Origin: Emiliania huxleyi CCMP1516
Taxonomy: Eukaryota
DNA length: 64,000 nt
Direction: 5' to 3'
NCBI RefSeq assembly: GCF_000372725.1
Contig: NW_005202427.1
Coordinates: 496,001-560,000 of the forward strand
The position numbers and the translations under genes were made by a program. Within the stretch, counting starts at the first letter, position 1, and every line of letters starts with the position of its first letter. Of the stretch, positions 1 to 9,300 are shown in pieces. A model generated the notes under the pieces. It did not search any database. It was not told the origin of the DNA and was given only the letters and a program-made list of their open reading frames with translations.

Positions 1-242
1 CGCAGCTTGCTCTCGGGGACGCCAGCCACGTTCGAGGCGAGGAGAGGGAGGAGGAGGAGAGGGGAGGAGGAGGAGAGGAGGGAGGAGGAGGAGAGGGAGG
101 GAGGGGGAGAGGGAGGGAGGAGGAGAGGGAGGAGGGGGAGAGGGAGGAGGAGAGGGGTCGCGAGAAGAGGAGGGAGGAGGGGGAGAGGGAGGAGGAGGAG
201 AGGGGTCGAGAAGAGAAGGGAGGACAGCCATCCTCATCCCAG

Positions 243-1230
243 CCCCCCCCCCCCTTCCCCCCCCCTCGAGGCGCGCGTGCTCTGCCTCTCTGCCGTCCTC
301 TCCTCCCTCCTCCTCCTTGGGGTGCTGCCGCTTCTCATCTTCCACCTCTGGGGCGAGAGATATAGCCGAGATATAGCCGAGATATAGCCGAGAGATCGCA
401 CCTCTGGGGCGAACCCTTCAAGAGAGAGAGAGAGAGAGAGAGTTAGCCATACCAAACAACTTTAACACTCACACGCGTCATTTGGGGCCTGGAGCCCTGT
501 TCACGCGCGAGAGAGACGTGCAGCCCATGCAGGGTTCCCAGGTGAGAGCGAATGGCGCGGTTCACCCCTCGCACAACAGATAGCCTTCAGCGTGACGGCG
601 AGGGAGTCGATGCCCCAGGAACCCTTTGGGAGCCTTCCTGGAATGTTCCTGTAGGCGCCCCCTTCAACGTCACGACGATGGAGTCGATGCGCTTCAAGTG
701 AGACACCCCCCCCCCCCCCCCTTCCCCCCCCCTCGAGGCGCGCGTGCTCTGCCTCTCTGCCGTCCTCTCCTCCCTCCTCCTCCTCGGGGTGCTGCCGCTT
801 CTCATCTTCCACCTCTGGGGCGCGCCCTTCAAGAGAGAGAGAGCTTCTCATAGCTTCTCATAGCTTCTCATCTTCCACCAGAGAGAGAGCTTCTCATAGC
901 TTCTCATAGCTTCTCATCTTCCACCTCTGGGGCGCACCCTTCAAGAGAGAGAGAGAGAGAGTGGTAGCCATACCAAACAACTCGAACACTCACACGTCAT
1001 TTGGGGCCTGGAGCCCTGTTCACGCGCGCGCGAGACGTGTAGACAGGGTTGCCAGGTGAGAGCGAATGGCGCGGTTCACGCCTCGCACAACAGATAGCTT
1101 CAGCGTGACGGCGAGGGAGTCGATGCGCCAGGAGCCTTCTTGGAGCCTTCCTGGAATGTTCCTGTAGGCGCCGCCTTCAACGTCACGACGATGGAGTCGA
1201 TGCGCTTCAAGTGAGACCCCCCCCCCCCCT
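243..1230. repeat. Imperfect tandem duplication of a ~460-520 bp unit with GA/C-rich low-complexity parts
   Basis: CTCGAGGCGCGCGTGCTCTGCCTCTCTGCCGTCC occurs at ~265 and ~732; ACCAAACAAC...CATTTGGGGCCTGGAGCCCTGTTCACGCGCG...CTTCAAGTGAGAC occurs at ~450-705 and ~972-1217. Confidence 0.85.
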
Positions 1231-1619
1231 CCCACTGCATGTGCGTGTGCGTGTGCGTGTGCGTGTGCGTGTGCGTGTGCATGTGCATGTGCATGTGCAT
1301 GTGCGTGTGCGTGTCTCTCAGCTCTCTCTCGGCTCTCTCAGCTCTCTCTCGGCTCTCTCGGCGCCTTAAGCGACGCAAACCACTCCCACACCCCGCCCCG
1401 TCCCACTCCCTCACCCCCTGACTCAGTCAATGCCTTAGCGCAAGAGCACTTTGTGCGTAGCTCCGCGAGCAACTGTAGAGCACTGTCGGCCACCGACTGT
1501 GATGAGTGGGTGAGCCTGTGAGTGAGCCCCCATAGCACAGAGTGGTGTAGGCCATTCTCGGTCGAGTAAGAACTGATGTGGAAGCGAGCAGCCTGCTGCT
1601 ACGAGCTGCCTCATTCAAC

Positions 1620-1719
1620 NNNNNNNNNNNNNNNNNNNNNNNNNNNNNNNNNNNNNNNNNNNNNNNNNNNNNNNNNNNNNNNNNNNNNNNNNNNNNNNNN
1701 NNNNNNNNNNNNNNNNNNN
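1620..1719. other. Assembly gap (100 N)
   Basis: Run of N. Confidence 1.
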
Positions 1720-1735
1720 GGGGGGGGGGGGGGGG

Positions 1736-1935
1736 CATGAGTGACTCGCAACCCACAGACGCCAGAGCGCGCTCGCTCCGCTCTCCGCGCCCGGCCGTCT
1801 CGCTCCACCCTCAGCGCGAATTATATTTATTGAGAGTGGCCCCTTATGCTTATGCCAAGCCCAAGGGTAGGGTACTGTAAGAGCGGCCGCACACTGCTCG
1901 GTAGACGGTACCCCCCCCCCCCTGCACATCTAAAG
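1736..1935 (+). repeat. Dispersed ~200 bp repeat, copy 1
   Basis: CATGAGTGACTCGCAACCC...CTCAGCGCGAATTATATTT...GGTACTGTAAGAGCGG...CTGCACATCTAAAG recurs at 15013-15202. Confidence 0.85.
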
Positions 1936-2028
1936 TTTAATCAGTTTTATGTATATAAGTAGAGGAACGAGTCGAGAGGACAGGGAGGGACGTGTCGCAC
2001 GATTTTTTGTTTTTTTTTCTGTTCCAAG

Positions 2029-3948
2029 ATGGCCGCCCAGCGCCTGGAGTGCCCCGTCTGCCTGGAGGTGCAGGACGGGCGGCAGCACCAGTGCCGGGAG
2101 GGCCACGTCTTCTGCGCCTCCTGTGACTCCAGCCTGCGAGCCCCGCGCCTCTGCCCCGAGTGCCGCATGGCTCTCGGACCGCTGAGCCAGGCAATCCGAA
2201 ACAGAAGCCACGAGGAGCGGATCGCGGCGCTGCCGGCGGCGTGTTCGCACTGCGGGCTGGCGACGACGCGCGGCGAAGTCGCCGCCCACGAGCAAGGCTG
2301 CCCGCAGCGGCCGCGCACGTGTCCCGCGGCGGAGGCTGGCTGTGCGTGGTCGGGGCTGCTGGCAGACAAGGCGGCGCACGAGGCGACGTGCCCCTTCGCC
2401 GTGTGCCAGCGCATGATGGCGCCGCTGCGAGCCCAAGTGGCGGCGCAAGGTGCTGAGAACGAGCGGCTGCAAGCCCAGTTGGCGCCGCTGCAAGCCCAGT
2501 TGGCGCCGCTGCAAGCCCAGGTGGCGCCGCTGCAGGCCCAGGTGGCGCCGCTGCAGACCGAGGTGGCGGAACTGCGGGCGGAGAACTCCCTGCTGCGGTC
2601 GCGCGTGGCGGCGCTGGAGGCTGGCGAGGGCGGCGAGGAGGGAGGGCGGCGGGTGCGGCAGCGCGTTGGCGCCGCGCCGCATGACGCGCCTCCGAGCAAT
2701 GCGGAGGTGCGGGCGATGGACGTTGCGGCGGCGGCGGCGGTGCTGCGGGCGCACGTGTCGGTCAGCCGCGTTGCTGTTGCGGCGTGCGAGCGCTTGGCGG
2801 AACTGTGCATGGATGAACAGAACGATCATCTGGCGGCGGAGGCGGGCGCGATCGAGGCGGTTGCGGCGGCGATGCAGGCTTACCCGCAGGAGGCGGAGGT
2901 GCAGAGGCATGGCTGCACGACGCTGCGCATCGTGTGCTTCGGCAACGACGCCGCAGGGCTCGCACGCAAGCAGCGCGCAGCAGGCGCGGGCGCGATCGAG
3001 GCGGTGGCGGCGGCGATGCATGCTCACTTGCAGGTGGCGGGCGTGCAGGAGCATGGCTGCACGACGCTGACCAACGTGTGCTCCGGCGACGACGCCGCAG
3101 GGCGCGCACGCATGCAGCGCGTAGCCGACGCGGGCGCGATCGAGGCGGTGGCGGCGGCGATGCAGGCTCACTTGCAGGTGGCGGGCGTGCAGGAGCATGG
3201 CTGCGGGGCGCTGGGCATCGTTTGCTGCGGCACCGACGCCGCAGGGCTCGCACGCAAGCAGCGCGCAGCAGGCGCGGGCGCGATCGAGGCGGTTGCGGCG
3301 GCGATGCAGGCTCACCCGCAGGTGGCGAGGGTGCAACAGCAAGGCTGTTTGGCGCTGTGCATCGTTTGCTGCGGCACCGACGCCGCAGGGCTCGCACGCA
3401 GCCAGCGCGTAGCCGACGCGGGCGCGATCGAGGCAATAGTGGCTGCGATGCAGGCTCACTCGCTGGTGGCGGGCATGCAGGAGCAAGGCTGCGCGGCGCT
3501 GGCCAACGTGTGCTCTGGCACCGACGCCGCAGGGCGCGCACGCAAGCAGCGCGCAGCAGGCGCGGGCGCGATCGAGGCGGTTGCGGCGGCGCTGCAGGCT
3601 CACCCGCAGGTGGCGAGGGTGCAAGAGCAAGGCTGTTTGGCGCTGCGCATCGTGTGCTGCGGCACCGACGCCGCAGGGCTCGCACGCAGCCAGCGCGTAG
3701 CCGACGCGGGCGCGATCGAGGCAATAGTGGCGGCGATGCAGGCTCACTTGCTGGTGGCGGGCTTGCAGGAGCAAGGCTGCGCGGCGCTGGCCAACGTGTG
3801 CTCTGGCACCGACGCCGCAGGGCGCGCACGCAAGCAGCGCGCAGCAGGCGCGGGCGCGATCGAGGCGGTGGCGGCGGCGATGCAGGCGCACCCGCAGGTG
3901 GCGAGCGTGCAGGCGCAAGGACAGCGCTTGCGCGATCTGCTTGCCTGA
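2029..3948 (+). CDS. RING finger + Sina/TRAF-type zinc finger + coiled coil + armadillo-like repeat protein (putative E3 ligase), single exon
   Basis: 639 aa ORF. RING: CPVC...CREGHVFCASC...CPEC. Zinc fingers: CSHC...HEQGC and CPAAEAGC...HEATC. LQAQLAP heptads come from 21-bp repeats. About 8 tandem 48-aa (144 bp) ARM-like repeats (AGAIEAVAAAMQAHPQVAGVQEQGC.AL..VC). Confidence 0.88.
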   Translation: MAAQRLECPVCLEVQDGRQHQCREGHVFCASCDSSLRAPRLCPECRMALGPLSQAIRNRSHEERIAALPAACSHCGLATTRGEVAAHEQGCPQRPRTCPAAEAGCAWSGLLADKAAHEATCPFAVCQRMMAPLRAQVAAQGAENERLQAQLAPLQAQLAPLQAQVAPLQAQVAPLQTEVAELRAENSLLRSRVAALEAGEGGEEGGRRVRQRVGAAPHDAPPSNAEVRAMDVAAAAAVLRAHVSVSRVAVAACERLAELCMDEQNDHLAAEAGAIEAVAAAMQAYPQEAEVQRHGCTTLRIVCFGNDAAGLARKQRAAGAGAIEAVAAAMHAHLQVAGVQEHGCTTLTNVCSGDDAAGRARMQRVADAGAIEAVAAAMQAHLQVAGVQEHGCGALGIVCCGTDAAGLARKQRAAGAGAIEAVAAAMQAHPQVARVQQQGCLALCIVCCGTDAAGLARSQRVADAGAIEAIVAAMQAHSLVAGMQEQGCAALANVCSGTDAAGRARKQRAAGAGAIEAVAAALQAHPQVARVQEQGCLALRIVCCGTDAAGLARSQRVADAGAIEAIVAAMQAHLLVAGLQEQGCAALANVCSGTDAAGRARKQRAAGAGAIEAVAAAMQAHPQVASVQAQGQRLRDLLA

Positions 3949-4254
3949 GAGGTTGAGAGGCTGTGGCCCTCTCTCAAAGCCGTTGTAGTTGAGAGAGCGG
4001 CGAGGCTTGAAGGAGCGATCTAGCCGTTTCTCGCTCTCGTGTCCTCCACTCAGGTGATGTGTCCTCGTGTATTCACGTCGTAATGGGTTGAGCTCCCGAA
4101 AGTTGGCGATGATCTTGCATGTCTGCGCAAGCTATTGCATGGCAGCGATGCCGAGCGGTCTCGTGATTGGGTCGTTCGACTCGCCGTGCTTCGGTAGTCA
4201 AGGCACGAGGCTCGAGGGGGTGTGTGGCCTAAGGGCTCTGCTCGCAAGCTAGGA

Positions 4255-4320
4255 GTGTGGTGCTAGCCGTCGCCCACCCTAACCCTTGGGCGTCTGCTTC
4301 TTCCTATCTCTCTCTTCGCA
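4255..4320 (-). repeat. ~65 bp core shared with the 3' end of the non-LTR retroelement family
   Basis: GTGCTAGCCGTCGCCCACCC...TTGGGCGTCTGCTTCTTCCTATCTCTCTCTTCGC matches 5215-5266 and the reverse complement of 45794-45846. Confidence 0.75.
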
Positions 4321-5126
4321 ATATACCCCCCCACACCGCCGCTGGGGACGACACGCTGTGCGGAATCGGATCGAGCCCATGCACCGGGCAAAGGACCTTA
4401 GGACGCTGCAGAAGCGGTTGGAGAGGCAGCCGGCGTCTGCCGTCCCAAAACGAGTCCCAGCGCTGGTTGGATATGCGCGTCGGCTCGCCCGAGGACTGCT
4501 CTGTCGCGACCCTCCCGTCGTGCCGCAGCCTCCGACGAGCTCTGCAACCGAGGAGAGTGAGGGTGCGCCTCCCCTCACTGCTGGCCTGGCTGCGCACCGC
4601 CCCACAAAGCACCCCCTCGAGCATCTCTACAAGTACAAGTGCAAGGGCGACCTTCTCCAACCAAGTCGTCAACGCGCCCGGCGGCTCCGGCAAGACTTTA
4701 GCCTTGGCCACCCTCCTTGCGGAGCAGGAGGATATCCGCTCTCGGTCGGCAACGATCGTGGCAGCTAGTCGAGGGACTCGGTAGTTGTGACCCCCCTGAG
4801 TGAGGACAGGAGAGAGAGAGCTTTTGTGGTTGGTGTATACGCAATAACGGGACAGGGTAGTCGTTCTCTCTAGCTCCCCTTTCTAGCTCTTAGCATGAGC
4901 TGCGCCCTGTGTCCGACCCCTTTTGCGCAGCAACACCTTAACTTTTAGGCCCTCCAAATTCGGGTCGGAGCGTAGCGGAGTGGGCCCCGAGTTTGAAAAA
5001 GGCGACGGACGCTTGCGTCCTATCCTCCAACAACGCCTCCCCGGCGCAGAGGGGCCCCCGGAGGGATGCTCAACCGCTCCACGCCACGCCGCTTGCGGCG
5101 GTCCTATACCTCGAGAACCTCGAGAA

Positions 5127-6024
5127 AAGAAAGAAAGAAAACGGACCACCCAGGGGAGGGATGGGAGGACGGCACGCCGCCACCACACAGGGATTTTAAG
5201 GAGAGGGGTGTGATGCGCTAGCCGTCGCCCACCCTTGGGCGTCCGCCTCTTCCTATCTCTCTTCGCAGTCTCTCTCCGATTCTCGCTGCAACCTTCATGC
5301 CACCTCGCGGTCGTCCCACTCTCGTCGTTCTTTCCCTTGTCACTTCTTCCTCTGTCGCGTCGCTCTCCTCTGCCTCGTTCTGCGACGACGCCGCCGCCTG
5401 CCGGTCCCTTGTTCTCGCGGCTTCTTGCGCCTTTCGGCGCAGCTCCGCCCTCCTCGCTGCATATCCTGGCCCCTCGAGTCTATCGAGCTCTCCTCGCGCA
5501 AGGACGAGTCTTCTGACGCCCACTGCGATCATTTGCCGCCCAGTCATATCGTTGCTCAGGTCCACTCTCTCTTCGGACACTTGTGCCTTCACGGATGATG
5601 CCGGCGCTGGGGTCCCCTTCGGGTGCATCGTGACGGCTGACAACGGGATTTCCACTGGTTCGTCCTCCTCGGAGTCATCTTCCCCGGCTTCCTTCCGCTC
5701 GGCTCTACGTTCGGTACGTTCGGCGTGGCTCACCCTCCATGCCGTGAACAGGCGCTTTATCCACTCTATATTCTTCTCTCGTTCCTCTGCCCGTGCCTTG
5801 GTCTTGTCGTTGTTTCGCACCCATGTCTGTGTATGGCAATCGAGGCTGCCTTCCCCACTACCTGTAGTTCACTCGTCACCTCCCCCGCGAGCTCCCCTCT
5901 CTTTCTTTCGGGTATGGGGTCCGTGAGTGCGGGCAGCGTGCAGGCAATCACGGGCGCTATTTTGTCGTACTCCTCTTCGGCGAGCGCTCCGAATCTAGAC
6001 CCTATTGCCTTTAAGGAGGCTGCC
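5127..6024 (-). mobile_element. 5'-truncated non-LTR retrotransposon (LINE-like 3' end) with (TTTC)n tail and 15-bp TSD
   Basis: Exact direct repeat CGAGAACCTCGAGAA at 5112-5126 and 6025-6039. The minus strand carries a frameshifted ORF remnant (AASLKAIG...SIAIHRH / RNNDKTKARA...RPRVGDG*), a ~90 bp 3' UTR and a TTTCTTTCTTT tail. The same 3' end recurs elsewhere in the window. No RT domain is visible. Confidence 0.8.
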
Positions 6025-6304
6025 CGAGAACCTCGAGAACCAGCTCCGCTGAGAAGGCCGTTATTTCTCGCGGGACACCACGACCGCGACGACGCCACGA
6101 CCGACCGACCCCCCCACCTCAAAATTCTTTTCAGCCTCAAAATTCTTTTCCTGTGCCAGTGCGCGCCAGTCCCGTGCCTCGTGTCGTACCAATGCGATAG
6201 AATTCTTTTCCTGGCGTGATACCCCCGTATCGAACGCCGTTTGCACGCCGCGACTACGCCCTTACCACGACGAGGCGGCCTCGCCGCTGGCTTTTGTGTT
6301 ATAT

Positions 6305-9300
6305 ATGCGCCATTTCTTCGTCCTCGTAATCGCCGGGCTCGCCAACGGGATCGAGCCCTCATCGCGGGTCTCTCTCGCCGGCTCCGCATCCGGTTCGGAC
6401 GTGGTTCAGCAAGTCAACACCAGCGGCAGAGTCAGCAGTGGAGGCGGCGGCGGCGGCAGCGGCCGGCAGGCGGCCCGGCGGTCGCTTGAGGGCGCCAGCA
6501 CGAGCGGCACGATCATTGGGTGCACCAACCCGGTCCAGGTGCAGGGCGGGTGCGCCGCCTCGCTCGGCCTCCTCAAGGGCGACGGCCAGGAGGCCGGCTA
6601 CCTGCTCATCACGCCGCACACCTCCACCGACGTCTGGCTGGCCGACGCCTCCAGCGGCGACATCGTGCACAGCTGGAGCACGCCGTACGGCACCGGCCAC
6701 GCCGTCTACCTCGCGCCCGGCGGCGACATCGTGCGCCTCGAGAACAACTACTCTGCTGCCTACGACATCGGCATCGCCGGCGGCGCGTCGCATATCTCTG
6801 CGTACGACGCGGCGGGCGAGCTCCTCTTCACCACGGGCGTCAACCAGGCGACGCACCGCCTCCACCACCAGTTCGAGCTCTCGACCTTCGACGCGCGCGC
6901 CAAGACGGGCACCCTCTTCGCCCTCGCTGCGTACAAGCTCAGCTGCGAGGAGGCCAGAGGGCTCGGCCGCACCAGTTGCGAGGAGGAGGACGGCCTGTAC
7001 GTCGAGGCGGTGCTCGAGATCGACACGGAGGGCGACGTGGTGTGGGAGTGGTACATGAGCAACCACGTGTGCGACGGCTGCGACAACCTGACCAAGGTGC
7101 CGATCAACTCGGGCTCGGGGAAGCAGCAGGCCGACTGGGTGCACGCCAACTCGCTCGTGTACGACGCGGAGAAGGACGTGCTGCTCATGGGCGGCGCCTA
7201 CACCAACGAGGTGCCCGTCTCCCCCTCGAGTCATTCTCCCACAGACCGCCCTCGCCCCCCCCACCACCACCACCAGCCCCTCGAATCCTCCTGCCCCACC
7301 CGACCCCGCCTCTCCCGCCTCAGCAGCAGTACTCTCCCACCTTCAGGTGTACGTCATCAATCACACCTCGCCGAGCGAGACGCCGCTGATGGGCGACGGC
7401 GCGCCGGCCTCGCTCCTCTACCGCTTCGGCGCGGGCCGCTTCGGCGAGCAGCACGACGTGCGCGTGCTGCCGTGCGAGGACGGCCTCTGCTTCACGGTCT
7501 TCAACAACGGGCGGTACGAGAAGAATGGCTGTACGTTCGACGGGAACGGAGTGCAGTCGACGGAGTGCAGCAGCGAGGTGCTGCTCACGACGCTGCCCCT
7601 CGCGGTCCTCGACCCCAGCCAGGCGACGCCCCCCGCGACCGAGGTGGTGGTGCAGACGCTCTTCAACGCGAGCACGCTGCCGGACGGCCTGCTGGGCGAC
7701 GGCTCCGGCAAGTTCCTGCGGCTCACCGACGGCAGCGACGTGCGGGAGCTGGACCCCTTCTTCAGCCTCATCCTGGCGAGCGCGCAGCTGGTCGGGGAGC
7801 CCTTCACGAATGGGTCGTACCTCTCGGTGATGGTTGGCACGACCGGGACTCTGTTCGAGGCGTATTGGAACGCGTCTGGCCTCGGCGCCTACTCGGACGT
7901 GCGCCTCGTGTGGCAGGTGCCGGGGGAGAACCCGCTCGGCTCGGGCAAGCCGGGCCCGGGCAAGGCGCCGAGCGTCCTCAACTGCACGCTCCCCGGCCTC
8001 CAATTCCTGTCGGGCACGCCGAACGCGGGCTGGACGACGAGGGCGTTCAACGCGCAGCGGTACTCGCCCGACATCGTCGGCTGCCAGCCGCCTGTGTCGC
8101 CGCCGCCGTCGCGGCCCCCCTCCGCGTCGCCCTCGCCGACTCCGCCGTCGTCGCCCTCGCCGCCTTCTCCGCCGCCTGCCCCACCCGCTGCCCCACCCGC
8201 TGAACCCCCGCAATCACCGCCAGCCTCCGCCTCGCCCTCGCCACCACCGCCCTCTGCCTCGCCCTTGCCACCGCCGCCGCCATCCGCCCCCTCGTCTCCG
8301 CCGGCGCCGCCGTCGCCGCGGCCGCCGCCCCACCTGGTCTTTGTGCTGACGGACGACGTCGGCTTCAACGACTTTCACGACAGCTCCGACATTGGGGAGG
8401 CCTGGAACAACACGAGGGCGCTGCTCTCCGAGGCGATCCAGATCAACAGCACCTACACGGAGACCATCTCGATTCCTTCGCGCCGCTCCTTCCTCACGGG
8501 CCGCCAGGCGCGGCTGGTGACCCCCGGGAGGGAGGGGCAGGACTGGTCGAAGAACGAGACGACGATCGCGCACAAGCTGTTGGCGCAGGGGTACGTGACA
8601 TACGCGATCGGCAAGTGGTTCGCTGGCTACACGAGCTGGACGATCGCGCCAACCGGCCGCGGTTTTGCGCGCTTCTTCGGGCAGTACGAGAACATTTACA
8701 GCTACAATTCGCCGTGCACCAAACCCGCCAAGAACGACGACAAGCCGCGCTGGGACACCTTCTACTCGGAGGCGATGCCGTTTGAGACGCGCGACGCGAG
8801 CTTCGAGGCGCCGTTCTTGCGGTACGGGCTAGAGGCGATCGGGCCCGACGGCAACGGGCGGTACAAGACGGAGCTCTACGACGACAAGGCGACCGCGTTC
8901 ATCGAGCAGCACAAGCTGTACCACCCCGACAAGCCACTCTTCCTCTATTATGCACCCGTCCCGATTCGTGGCGCGGGCGGCGACAAGAGCGACCACCCGG
9001 ACGAGTACATGGACGCGCCGGCCTGCGCAGGGCTGGACAATGAGCGGCGCCGGAAAGCCTGCGCGGCCGCCGTCGCCCTCGACGAGTCGGTTGGCCACGT
9101 CGCATCGGCGCTCAACACCGGCGCGTACGCGAACGACGACCACGTCGTGGCGATGACCGCCGACAACGGCGCCGGCACGTGGAGGGTCTCGTCCGGCGGC
9201 AGCAACGCCCCCCTGCGCGGGAACAAGTACGAGGTCTTTGAGGGCGGCGTGCGCCTCAAGGCGCTCGTCTGGGGCCGGCATCCAGGCCTGGCAAGCAGCC

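Noticed and set aside
1..240. Arg/Glu-rich ORF 7-387
   Set aside because: Translation of purine-rich low-complexity sequence.
1930..3918. Long antisense and alternate-frame ORFs over the ARM gene (and similar shadows over other genes)
   Set aside because: Expected stop-poor shadows of GC-rich, repeat-rich coding DNA; Arg/Ala-rich with no motifs.
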